NCBI GenBank assembly: GCA_963707505.1
Contig: CAVPQB010000004.1
Location: forward strand, 1,120,001-1,184,000
Direction of reading: 5' to 3'
Length of the DNA: 64,000 nt
Origin: an uncultured Gemmatimonadales bacterium
GTDB taxonomy: Bacteria > Gemmatimonadota > Gemmatimonadetes > Gemmatimonadales > Gemmatimonadaceae
The notes under the pieces are model-generated. The model made no database searches, had not been told where the DNA came from, and worked only from the letters and a program-made list of their open reading frames with translations. Shown one piece after another: positions 32,874 through 43,212 of the stretch. How positions within the stretch are numbered: the first letter of the stretch is position 1; every line of letters starts with the position of its first letter. The position numbers were made by a program, and so were the translations under genes.

Positions 32874-35567
32874 CTATTCGCTCCGGAGCGCGATCACCGG
32901 ATCCACGCGTGTTGCGCGCGATGCGGGAATGAGTGCCGCTGCAGTCCCAACCAAAAGCAGGATCGCCGACGCGGCGCCGAACGCGACGGTGTCGACTGCG
33001 CTTACGCCGAAGAGAAAGCTGCTCACCATGCGCGTAAGTGCAACGCTCAAACCGATGCCAATGATCAGGCCAATGACAATTGACGCGATGTTCTCGGCCA
33101 GTACGAGACGGAGCACGCCGCCAACACGGGCACCCAGCGCAACGCGAATGCCGATCTCCTTGGTGCGTTGCGTGACTCCGTATCCAACAACCCCGTAGAT
33201 ACCGACGGCCGTTATCGCGAGGGCAAGCAGACTGAACAGCCCAAGCACCGACACGCCGAGCCGCTGAGCAAATACTGTGTGACCGGTACGATCCTCGAAC
33301 GTCGAGACGTCGTAGATCGGCACTTCAGGCGCCACATCGTGCAAGGCCTGCCGAATCTCACCGAGCGCAGCTGACGGAGCGCCAGTGGTCGTGACCACCA
33401 GGTCGACAGGATTGCGTCCCGAGGTCGCGAGATACTGAGCGAGCGCTCTGTAGACCACGGGCTGCGACTTCTCGCGAAGCTCATGATACTTGATGTCGCG
33501 TACTACACCCACGATGAACGCCGTGTCAGCGCTGCCGAACATTATGCGTCGTCCCAGCGGATCCTTTCCCGGCAAATATGTACGCGCCGCGGTTTCATTG
33601 ATGATTGCCACATGCTGCGAGGATGGGCCATCATGCTCAGTGAACAGCCGGCCTCGGAGGAGTGGGATGGAGAACGCCTGCAAGTACTGAGGTGTTACAT
33701 CGATCGTCTCGACGCCCGTGTGTTCGTCCGGCGGCGGAGTGTAACCATCGAGTTGGAACCCCTCGCTGTCCGAGCCGAGATCGAGCGGCAGCGTCGTGCC
33801 CCAGGCGGCGAACCGTACGTTCGGCCTGCTGCCAAGGCGTCGTACAGCCGCATCGTAGATCTGCCCCGTGCGCGCGCTGTCGCTGCGGATGAGGCCAGCG
33901 TTGATGGAGGCGACGGCAACGTGCGAACCGTCAAATCCTGGATCGGTGGCAAGCGCGCGCTGCAGGCTTCGCGCGAAGAGACCGGCTCCGACCAGAAGAA
34001 CAAGGCTCAGAGCCACCTGCGCGATCAGCAGCGTGCGACGCAATCCTGACTGCTGGCTACCAGCTCCGGGCGACCCATCCTTCAACGCTCCGGCCATGTC
34101 GTGCCGAGTGCTCTGGAGCGCTGGCGCGACACCAAATATCACACTGGCGATGAGCGCAAGGATGATCGTGTATGTCATCACGCGCCCATCGACGTGAACT
34201 CCTACCGACGCAAGCGAAAGCCCTTCCGGCAGTGTTATGTGTGACACCGCACGAATCCCAGCTTGTGTTGCCAGCAGGCCAACGATCGCAGCCACGAGCG
34301 CGAGCACCCCCGTTTCCGTTAGCAACTGCCTGACCACGCGTCCTCTACCTGCTCCTACTGCCATGCGAATCCCGATTTCTCGGCGCCGACTCATCGCGCG
34401 GGCAAGCAGCAGGTTCGAGACGTTGGCGCATGCAATCAGAAGCACTATCCCGACTACGACGAACACGATTGCGGTGGCGCGCACTAGTGTTCCGTGCGCG
34501 ATGCTGGATACAGCAGCCTCGCCTGCCCATACCACGTTCTCAGCGGTAATCCCTTTCGCGAGGCTCTGGTGGTTGTTCGGGTACGAAGTGTCCTGATGTA
34601 CCGCGGCAGTGTGGAGTGAAGCTGCAGCTTGCTGAATCGTCGCTCCAGGTGCGAGGCGTCCGATCATGTTCAGCCATGACCAACCTCGTGTATCAAGCCC
34701 AAGCCTGCTGAATGACGTTGGCGCCAGTGCCATCCACGTATGAGCAGGCACCCACAACTCCTCGGGGGAATCGAGCTGAACGCCATGAAACTCACTCGCG
34801 GCGACCCCCACGATCGTGACCGGCATTCCGTTGAGATCGAGTACGCGTCCAATCACATCTGTACCGGCCGGGAAGAAACGGCGTGCGAACGTCGCACTCA
34901 GAACTGCGACAGGCGGCGCGCCCGGATCGTCGTCGCGCGCGACCAGCACGCGTCCGCTCGACGGACCGACGCCAAGCACGCTGAAGTAGTTGCCGCTAAC
35001 GGCTGCCGCTGACGCGATCTCCGCACGCTGTCCATTTGAGACAGCGGTGCTACGGTCGCTGAATACCGCCAGTCCGCTGAGGGCGGAGTTCGAGCTGGCG
35101 AAGTCGCGGTATGACGGATACGAAACTGATAGACCATTTACCGCGATCAGGCGGTCAGGTGCGGTGACACCTGGAAGCGGACGCAGGATGAGCGCGTTGA
35201 CGAGACCGAATATCAACCCGTTCGCGCCGATACCAAGTGCCAACGTGAGGACGGCGGCACTTGCGAATCCGCGATTACGCGCCAGTTGCCGGATCGCGAA
35301 GACAACGTCGTTCCTGAGGCCGTACATGAACTCGGCGAATCGTACATACCGTTGGTGCTGGTGTCCGATTCGGTAGCATACCTCGCGTACGTTCGCATAG
35401 CTCCCGAACCGGCGCAGCGCTTCTGCGTGCGCATCGTCGCGCGAGAGGCCGGTGGCTAAATAATCGCGCTCGCGCATCTCGACGTGGAAGTTCAGCTCTT
35501 CATCCACATCGTCTTCCACGTCTGCGCGCCAGAAGCGAAGGTAACGGCGCCACGCTTCCGTCGCCAC
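32874..35567 (-). CDS. ADOP-type duplicated ABC transporter permease (MacB-periplasmic/FtsX x2)
   Basis: N-terminal DVDEELNFH..EALRRFG prefix; TLALGIGAN; LLIACANVSNLLLAR..REIGIRMA; second REIG-like repeat; ends RATRVDPVIALRSE. Confidence 0.9.
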   Translation of the reverse strand: MATEAWRRYLRFWRADVEDDVDEELNFHVEMRERDYLATGLSRDDAHAEALRRFGSYANVREVCYRIGHQHQRYVRFAEFMYGLRNDVVFAIRQLARNRGFASAAVLTLALGIGANGLIFGLVNALILRPLPGVTAPDRLIAVNGLSVSYPSYRDFASSNSALSGLAVFSDRSTAVSNGQRAEIASAAAVSGNYFSVLGVGPSSGRVLVARDDDPGAPPVAVLSATFARRFFPAGTDVIGRVLDLNGMPVTIVGVAASEFHGVQLDSPEELWVPAHTWMALAPTSFSRLGLDTRGWSWLNMIGRLAPGATIQQAAASLHTAAVHQDTSYPNNHQSLAKGITAENVVWAGEAAVSSIAHGTLVRATAIVFVVVGIVLLIACANVSNLLLARAMSRRREIGIRMAVGAGRGRVVRQLLTETGVLALVAAIVGLLATQAGIRAVSHITLPEGLSLASVGVHVDGRVMTYTIILALIASVIFGVAPALQSTRHDMAGALKDGSPGAGSQQSGLRRTLLIAQVALSLVLLVGAGLFARSLQRALATDPGFDGSHVAVASINAGLIRSDSARTGQIYDAAVRRLGSRPNVRFAAWGTTLPLDLGSDSEGFQLDGYTPPPDEHTGVETIDVTPQYLQAFSIPLLRGRLFTEHDGPSSQHVAIINETAARTYLPGKDPLGRRIMFGSADTAFIVGVVRDIKYHELREKSQPVVYRALAQYLATSGRNPVDLVVTTTGAPSAALGEIRQALHDVAPEVPIYDVSTFEDRTGHTVFAQRLGVSVLGLFSLLALAITAVGIYGVVGYGVTQRTKEIGIRVALGARVGGVLRLVLAENIASIVIGLIIGIGLSVALTRMVSSFLFGVSAVDTVAFGAASAILLLVGTAAALIPASRATRVDPVIALRSE

Positions 35568-35576
35568 GGTCGCGCC

Positions 35577-35921
35577 CTATGCTGGTTGAGTGGTTGCGCC
35601 AAGCACGCAGCTCACCGCATCGGCGAACCGTACCCATGTCGACGCCTCGACGCGCAGCTGCTTCCGGCCTTTTACGGTTAGATGATAGAACTTCGCGCGT
35701 CGATTGTTTTCCGACAGTCCCCACTCCGCGGCGATCAGTCCGCGCGCTTCAAGCCGGTGCAGAGCAGGGTAAAGTGAGCCCTCCTCGATGCGCAGTACGT
35801 CGTCGGTAGTCTGTTGCAGCCACTTCGCGATCGAGTAGCCGTGAACGGGAGCCCAGCTCACGGCCTTCAGTATCAGAACATCCAGGGTGCCCTGGAATAA
35901 ATCAACGCTCGGCTTGCTCAT
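35577..35921 (-). CDS. PadR family transcriptional regulator (type that accompanies ADOP permeases); start 35921 or 35933
   Basis: LFQGTLDVLILK, HGYSI, EEGSLYPALHRLE, SENNRRAKFY. Confidence 0.93.
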   Translation of the reverse strand: MSKPSVDLFQGTLDVLILKAVSWAPVHGYSIAKWLQQTTDDVLRIEEGSLYPALHRLEARGLIAAEWGLSENNRRAKFYHLTVKGRKQLRVEASTWVRFADAVSCVLGATTQPA

Positions 35922-35928
35922 GCCTGTC

Positions 35929-35980
35929 CCCATAGGTCGTCTAGGGGACGATAGCACCACTTACCTAGAACGTCAAGGGG
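35929..35980 (-). promoter_or_regulatory. padR promoter overlapped by two palindromic operator-like sites
   Basis: Minus strand TTGACG(35976-71)-N17-TATCGT(35953-48) with TG extension; imperfect CCTAGA-N3-TCTAGG palindromes centred at 35938 and 35971. Confidence 0.7.
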
Positions 35981-36168
35981 AGTCAGCGGAGCGTTCGGCC
36001 AGGGCGTGTCGATGACGGGAGTGCGGCATCGGCAACATGATCGGCGCGCGCAGTCGCCTGTGAACAGTCACCGTTCGTTCTCGCACACCGACAACCCACG
36101 CAATCCGCGTTCCGTCGGCGCAGACGTCGGCGCCGAGGGCTGCGCCGATTCAAGCGATCAAGGGATCG

Positions 36169-36981
36169 CTATAGCGCGAGCGCCAGTTGTACCGAGATCG
36201 CGCTTCGCGCCCCCGCCTCGAACGGCCCCGCCACACGATCCTGGCTCGCCGCGCTCAATCGTCCCGTGAACTTTGTTCGCGAGATCGCGCTGTGCACGTC
36301 GCTCAGTGCAGTGCGTGGCGTGTTGCACTTCTCGCTCAGGTGGGCCAGCACGATCTGCCGAAGTCCGCGATGCGCCACTTCGCGCGCGAGCTGTCCCGCG
36401 CGTCCGTTGCTGAGATGGCCGTGCCGTCCGGCGATCCGCGCACGGACGGATGCTGGATACGGCCCGGCGTGCAGCATCAGCTCGTCGTGGTTTGCTTCGA
36501 GAATCAACATATCGAGATCCCGCATCACATCGATCACACTCTGGCCGGCGACGCCCAGATCGTACGCGATACCGGTGCGCGCGCCTGTCGATCGCGAAGT
36601 CGCCACCAGCACCACTGGCTCCGCTGCATCGTGCGAGGACTTGACTGTGAGAATGTCCAGGTCGCCGATCGAGATTCCATCGCCGGCGCGAAATGCCACA
36701 GCGCCGCAGCCACTGAGATCACGACAAGCGGTAATGGTGCCGACGGTTGCGTGCGCAGTCCAACCGTACCGCTCGCACAATACGCGTACTCCGCGCACAT
36801 GGTCCGTGTGCTCGTGCGTCACGAGAACTGCCTGAATCGATTCTGGCTCTATCGCCACCGACCGCATGCGCTCGACCAGAATACTCGGCGCGAAGCCCGC
36901 ATCTATCAACACGCGCGAGTCTCCGGACTCCAGCACCACGGCGTTTCCTCGGCTTCCCGAGCCGAGCAACCACATCCTCAT
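36169..36981 (-). CDS. MBL-fold metallo-hydrolase (YycJ/WalJ-like)
   Basis: LGSGSRGN, IDAG, THEHTDH, SHDA, EANHD, GHLSN, AHLS. Confidence 0.88.
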   Translation of the reverse strand: MRMWLLGSGSRGNAVVLESGDSRVLIDAGFAPSILVERMRSVAIEPESIQAVLVTHEHTDHVRGVRVLCERYGWTAHATVGTITACRDLSGCGAVAFRAGDGISIGDLDILTVKSSHDAAEPVVLVATSRSTGARTGIAYDLGVAGQSVIDVMRDLDMLILEANHDELMLHAGPYPASVRARIAGRHGHLSNGRAGQLAREVAHRGLRQIVLAHLSEKCNTPRTALSDVHSAISRTKFTGRLSAASQDRVAGPFEAGARSAISVQLALAL

Positions 36982-37042
36982 CGTCACTGTTACACCCTTG
37001 TCGCGCAAATGGGCCGCGTCGTGATGCAGCTCCGACACCGTA

Positions 37043-38246
37043 TCAGGAATTTGTCGCCCGTGCATGCGCGCGTGCGAGATGGCGACGGAGTGCGTCGCCG
37101 AGCTGAACGCCTCTGCGCTTCATCATGCGCTCCGCGACGTCGATGAACTTGGATGCGTGGAACGTTGCATACGGCTCCCGGTCACCCCATGAAAATGGCG
37201 CGACGAACTTGGGATGCGTGGCTGTGCCGAAAACGTTGGCACCAGTGCCGAGCACAGTGCCCGTGGTGAGCATCGTCCCGATGCCGGTCTTCACGTGGTC
37301 GCCGAACATCGTACCGAGGAATTGCTGGCCGGTGTCGACGACGCCGGCGGGCGTCCACAGGTGCACCGTCCCGTACGTGTTCTTCAGATTGCTCGTAGTG
37401 GTGCCGGCACCCAGGTTCACCCATCGGCCTAGGTACGAATGTCCGACGAAGCCTGTGTGCCCCTTGTTGGAATGGCCCAGCACGATCGTCGAGCTTATCT
37501 CCCCGCGAATTTTACACTTGTCGCCGATCGAGCAATTGGCGACGCGATCACCGACGATGGTTGTGTCTGCGCCGATGTAACAGGGACCGACCAGCCGGGT
37601 GAAGGCCGAAACCGTCGCTCCCTTGCGGATCAGGATCGGCCCCGCGGTCGCGTCGAAGATCACGTAGGCTTCGATCGACGCGCCGCGCTCGATGGCTACC
37701 TGATGCGGTCCGAGGATGCCTGCCGGCTCGCGACAGCGTGTCGAGGCTCGCAGCCATTATTGGGATGTCCTCCGTCAGCTGTGCTGATAAGTGGGCAAGA
37801 AGATCCCAGGTCGCTGAGATCCAGCGTCCGCGGAGGCCGGTTGCGCGCGAATTATCCGCTAATCTTTCGAGCACCTGCGAGCCGTCCGCGAGTGCGGACG
37901 CCGAGAGTGGCTGTGTCAGCCGAACCGCGCAGGTGCGCCCGTCGCAGTTCCATATCGAATCGGTTCCCCTGAGCGTTTCGTCGAGCGCAACGACGAAGCG
38001 AGAGTTCGCTATGATAGCGCCGGCAGGTATCGTCGCGTCCGCGGGCAGTGCACGCGGTGCGTCGGCTTCCTCGAAGTCGGAAAGATGCTCCGCGCCTGCG
38101 AATGCCGCGACGCTGCCGACGACCACCGACGCCCAGCGTTTCCGAATCAGCTCCGCACCCGCGCGTAGTTCGGAAAGCGGACGGGTGAGCGCGAACGGCT
38201 CGAAGCCGCGTGCCAGTGCATCGTCGTACACGTAGAGCGTCGTCAT
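37043..38246 (-). CDS. GlmU-related sugar nucleotidyltransferase / hexapeptide-repeat protein; +1 break near 37725
   Basis: PFALTRP.SELRAG N-terminus; NKGHTGFVGHSYLGRWVNLGAGTTTSNLKNTY, GDHVKTGI. Confidence 0.8.
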
Positions 38247-39293
38247 GCGAGCGACTGAATATCGGGTGGCAACGATTCGATGAGACCCTTGAGATCGACC
38301 GACCGCTCGCGCGTCGTGACGAGCGTGAGTCCATCACGCGTGACGACAACAAGATCGGACACACCGAACAACACGACTGCGTTGCCTTCAGCATGTACGA
38401 CATTGTTCGTCGCGTCGGAGACTACGGACGGAGCCGCTCACGACATTTCCGTGACCGTCCTGCGCGCGCACGCGATGCAGTGACGCCCATGTGCCGACGT
38501 CGTCCCAGCCGAAATCACCGGGAACCACGTATACGCAGTCGCTGCGCTCGAGCACGCCCACGTCGACCGATATCGACTTGACCGACGCGAAGAATCGTCC
38601 GAGCGAGTCAGCCTTTCCGTCTACCTCGTCGAGTGCGTGCGCAACTTCCGGCGTGTGCTTTCGCACTTCAGCGAGAAAGTCACCGACGCGCCAGACGAAG
38701 ATTCCGGAGTTCCAGAGACAGGAGTTCGCGCACAACTCCACCGCGCGCTCACGTGTGGGTTTCTCAATGAAGCGACGCACACGGCGCGCCGACGAGGCCG
38801 GGACGACATCTCCGGGCTCGATGTATCCGAAGCCCGGATCGGGACGGGTAGGAACTATGCCGACGGTCACCAGTCCGTGTTGCTTCTGCGCAACGTCGAC
38901 GGCGCGCTCTAGCGTTGCGCGAAATTCCGGCTCGTCTCCGATCGCCCAGTCTGCGTGTACGCATATCATCACCGTCTCGGGGCCAGCGCGTCGTGCGATC
39001 TCAGCTGCTGCGAATGCAAGTGCCGCAGCGGTGCCGGCCGGTCGAGGCTCCGGTACGATGTTGGCGCGCGACAGCTCCGGAAGTGCGGCGGAGATCGGAT
39101 CGACGAGCGACGCGTTGGTCAGCACGAGCGTGCGCTCATGCGGCACCAGGTCGTGCATGCGCTGCAGCGTCGCGACCAGCAGCGGTCGCTCGTCAACAAG
39201 TGGAAGCAGTTGCTTGGGACGCGCCGGCGTGCTGAGTGGCCAGAACCGCGAACCGACGCCTCCGGCGAGCACGACACTCCAGCGCCTGCTCAG
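38243..39293 (-). CDS. manC: Mannose-1-phosphate guanylyltransferase; +1 break near 38425, start ambiguous
   Basis: VLAGGVGSRFWPLS..PKQLL, GFGYI, FIEKP, WNSGIF, WDDVGTW; second frame NNVVH..LFGVSDLVVV to stop at 38243. Confidence 0.88.
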
Positions 39294-39705
39294 TCATTCG
39301 TCCTCGCCGTCGTTCACGCCGGTCAGGCGCGCCACGAGCGCGTACAATTTCTTGGGGCTGAATGGCTTGGTGACGAACGCGTTGGCACCGCCGGCAAGTG
39401 CTGCGCGCTCCTGTTCGTCCTGGCCGGCTGCTGTAAGAATGATTGCCGGGATATCACTGTGCAGCGTGCCACGCAGATCCGCTCAGCACGTCGAGCCCCG
39501 TTCGCTCCGGCATCATGAGATCGAGCACGACAAGGTCGAAGCTCGTGTGTTCCGCGTGAAGCGAGTCGATCGCCTCTCTGCCGTCGAAGGCGAGCGTCAC
39601 GTCGAACGGTCCCGCCTCGAGCTTCATCTTGATGATACGACCAATGTGCGGCTCGTCGTCCGCGACGAGTACGTGCTTGCGCTGCTCTGCGCTGTCTGTT
39701 GCCAA
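39294..39705 (-). CDS. Single-domain response regulator (REC); +1 break near 39483
   Basis: VLVADDE, DLVVLDLMMP; second frame IILTAAG..FVTKPFSP; AGGAG RBS. Confidence 0.85.
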
Positions 39706-39715
39706 CGAACTACTC

Positions 39716-40069
39716 CTAGACCAACGCGGCCATGGACGACCGGTGTTGTCGCAGGTCGTACAGCAGGTCCGCGAGCGCTACGTCAGAGGTCGCGGAGACG
39801 AATAGCAGCGCCTGATCGGACAGCCGCAACACGACTCCGTAGCCGCGCTCGAATTCGAGCACCGCCAGAGCGGATGTTCCGGATCCGGCCGCGTCGCCCA
39901 GCTGGGTGGCCGCAGTCGCCACCGCGGGCACGCGGGCGGCGAGCGCCTCGGCGCGATTCTGGGCCGTGTCGTGTGTCTCGATAAGCAGCCCATCGGCGCC
40001 CAGAATCACGACCGCTTCTACCCCCGGGCGGTTTTGGATCGCCTCCGTCAACTCGCGTAGTGTCGCCAT
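39716..40069 (-). CDS. Roadblock/LC7 (MglB-like) domain protein
   Basis: 117 aa, PGVEAVVILGADGLLI, LEFERG pattern typical of the roadblock fold. Confidence 0.8.
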   Translation of the reverse strand: MATLRELTEAIQNRPGVEAVVILGADGLLIETHDTAQNRAEALAARVPAVATAATQLGDAAGSGTSALAVLEFERGYGVVLRLSDQALLFVSATSDVALADLLYDLRQHRSSMAALV

Positions 40070-40171
40070 GCGTTGAAAAGTACCGTCCCGACGGCTATTC
40101 TACGAGGCTACGCCACGGGGAATTCTGCTCTCTGGCGGGTACTCCCATTTCTACCCGCTCCGCTTCAGCGC

Positions 40172-40768
40172 ATGCACCTACGCTATCCCGCCGCGGCGGC
40201 CGCGGCCATTGTCGGCCTTGCGCTCGCCACAGGCTGTAAGGACACGAACATACTGCAGGCGGATCTGCCTGTCGTTACGGATACGCTCGTCGCGTATGCG
40301 TTGAGCGGTACCTCAGCCAGCCTTCCGAGCGGCCTGTCGCTAACCATTCGATCGACTGTTCGAGTGGATGGCACGGGATCGTTTGACGTCGGGTTCGACT
40401 TCGACAGCGCCGGCCGGGTGGTGGTGAGTCCGGTTCGGGTGCTGGTGAATCAGCTTTCCGGTGCCCCGCAGGTCGGAATCCAGACGCTGTTCACGACTCC
40501 ATACGACAGCATCAAGAGCGCGCCCGGCGGCTACTACCGTCCGGATACCGCGATTGTGGTGCTCGGCGGGCCAGCCGTTCGTGCTGCTCGTGAATGGACG
40601 GACAACGGCGAGCTCGATCTGTATCTACGATCCAGCGCCGACCCTCTACGCGAAGGTCGTGATCGACAGCACCAAGCCCGACCACCACACGCGCGATCTA
40701 CATGCGGGTGACGATCGGATCCAAACTGCGGCTACAGATCGCTGGTGCCCGGCCTTCCATCGAACTGA
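40172..40768 (+). CDS. Hypothetical lipoprotein with three +1 frame breaks
   Basis: Lipobox-like LATGC; beta-rich; reconstructed C-terminus IYMRVTIDPNCGYRSLVPGLPSN stops 7 nt before serS. Confidence 0.6.
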
Positions 40769-40774
40769 CCGACC

Positions 40775-42051
40775 GTGCACGACTTACATCTGCTTCGTGA
40801 TAAACCCGAGACTCTTCGCGACGCGCTGAGTCGCCGCAACATGCTCGGCGTCCAGCGGTGCGCTCGTGGATCATGTGCTTGCGCTCGACACGGAGCGTCG
40901 ATCCATCATCCAGCGTGTCGAGGAGATCAAGGCGAATCGCAATGCGGTGACGCAGGAAGTCGCGAAACGGAAGCGCGCGGGTGAGGATGCCGAGTCGTTG
41001 ATCGCGGAAGGCAGAGCGCTCGGAGATGAGATAGACGCGCTGCAGATGCATCTGACCTCGACGGAAGAAGAATTGTCGGCTGTCGTGCTGCAGCTTCCGA
41101 ATGTGCCGCTTGCGGACGTTCCAGGCGGCGGAGAAGAGAACAACGCCGTGGTGAGAACCTGGGGAACCCCGCGTGCGCGCAGAAGGAGTGCTCCCGCACT
41201 GGGAGATCGGTGCGAAGCTCGGGCTCATCGATCTGGAACGCGGCGCCAAGATCAGCGGCTCGGGTTTCATCGTGTATCGTGGCGAAGGCGCTCGGCTGGT
41301 TCGCGCGCTGATGAATCTCATGCTCGACACGCACACGCGCGAGCACGGATATCAGGAGACCTGGGTTCCGGCGGTCGTCAATCGCGAGTCGATGACGGGC
41401 ACGGCACAGTTTCCCAAGTTCGAGGATGAGCAGTACGGCTTGAGCGACGAGGAGCTGTTTCTCATTCCCACCGCGGAAGTTCCGCTCACGAATCTCTACC
41501 GTGACGAGATCATTCCCGAGTCGGATCTGCCGCGCACCTTCACTGCGTATTCGCCCTGCTTCCGGCGCGAGGCTGGCGCGCATGGCAAGGATACGCGTGG
41601 TCTGCTTCGGGTGCATCAGTTCGACAAGGTCGAGCTGGTGCGCTACGCGCATCCCGACAAATCGCTGGAAGAGCACGAGCTGATCACCGCCCACGCAGAG
41701 CGGATTCTTCAGTTGCTTGAATTACCGTACCGGGTGTTGCTGCTCGCAGCAGGCGACACCGGTTTCGCGAGCGCCAAGACGTACGATCTGGAGGCGTTCT
41801 CTCCAGGCGTTGGGAAGTGGCTCGAGGTGTCGTCGTCCAGCAATTTCACTGATTTTCAGGGCCGGCGCGCGAACATCCGCTTTCGCCCGAGCGGTGGGGG
41901 CAAGCCCCGTTTCGTACACACGCTCAACGCATCCGGATTGGCGTTTCCGCGCATCATCGCGGCCATTCTCGAGCATCACCAGAACGCGGACGGAACGGTT
42001 CGTGTGCCTGCGGCGCTAGAGCCGTACTTCGGCGCGTCGGTGATCAAGTAG
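40775..42051 (+). CDS. serS: Serine--tRNA ligase; two +1 breaks (about 40852 and 41175)
   Basis: [51 protein letters not shown]. Confidence 0.95.
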
Positions 42052-42054
42052 CGC

Positions 42055-43212
42055 GTGCGCCGCTCCACGCCGCTGTGGGCAGTTGTATTCGGCGTGGTTG
42101 CGCTGCTCACGTGGTACGTGTTCTACATGCGAAGTGTGGTGACGGACCTGCGCGCCGAGGCGTCGCGCGTGGGCAAGATGTACGCGCGGGTGTACGATGC
42201 TCTGAGCGATCCGAATACTGACGCGACGACCGCACTGCAGGATCTGTCGGCTCTGATGCGGGAATCCGGCGTACCGATCATCGTTACAGACGCCCGTGGC
42301 TCCGTTACCGCATCCGCAAATTTGCCGAAGGACATTCTCGGAAGCAACGCGCGGATAGCGCAGTATGCGCGCGAGCTTGCGCGTGAAAACAAGCCAGTGG
42401 TCGAGCCCGGCGTTGGGACAGTTTATTTCGGCAACACCCGACTGGTGGAAGGGCTTCGCATCATTCCGGCGCTGCAGGCGCTGTTGATCGCGATGTTCCT
42501 GACCGCAGGGATATACGCGTTGCGAACGCGCGGTCGAGCTGACCGGGAGCAGATCTGGGCGGGCATGGCGCGAGAATCGGCTCACCAGCTTGGCACACCG
42601 CTTTCAAGCATGAGCGGATGGATCGAGCTGTTGCGCGATCACGACGCGGGTGACCCGGTGTTGACGCACGCGCTCGCTCACATGGATGGCGATCTCGAGC
42701 GATTGCGACGCGTCGCATTTCGCTTCGAGCGAATCGGCCGCCCGCCGCGTCGCGAAAAGGTGGACGTGGGAGACGTAGTAGAGCGCGTAGCGACGTACTT
42801 TCGTGCCCGGGTGCCCACGCTTGCGAAGGCTGTTACCATACGATCGGTGCGTCGCGGCGAGTCGCTCGTAGTTGACGGAGATCCGGTTCTGCTCGAATGG
42901 GCGATCGAGTCGCTGGCCAAGAATGCTATCGACGCACTCGCGGGACGCGGTGGACGTGTTACACTATCTGTACAGGAACTACCGGAAGGAAGAGTTCGTA
43001 TCCGCGTCAAGGACAACGGGCCCGGTGTTCCGCGTGAGTTAAGGAAGCGAATCTTCGACGCTGGGTTTTCCACCAAGGAAAAAGGGTGGGGGATCGGGCT
43101 CTCCCTCGCCAGGCGCATCGTCACCGAAGGACATGACGGCCGGCTACTGCTGCAATCCGGCACACGTGGCGCGACGTTTGACATAATTCTGGAACATGAA
43201 TCAACGAGTTGA
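42055..43212 (+). CDS. Membrane sensor histidine kinase
   Basis: Two TMs; H-box ARESAHQLGTPL; KNAIDA, DNGPG, GFSTK..GWGIGL. Confidence 0.92.
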   Translation: MRRSTPLWAVVFGVVALLTWYVFYMRSVVTDLRAEASRVGKMYARVYDALSDPNTDATTALQDLSALMRESGVPIIVTDARGSVTASANLPKDILGSNARIAQYARELARENKPVVEPGVGTVYFGNTRLVEGLRIIPALQALLIAMFLTAGIYALRTRGRADREQIWAGMARESAHQLGTPLSSMSGWIELLRDHDAGDPVLTHALAHMDGDLERLRRVAFRFERIGRPPRREKVDVGDVVERVATYFRARVPTLAKAVTIRSVRRGESLVVDGDPVLLEWAIESLAKNAIDALAGRGGRVTLSVQELPEGRVRIRVKDNGPGVPRELRKRIFDAGFSTKEKGWGIGLSLARRIVTEGHDGRLLLQSGTRGATFDIILEHESTS

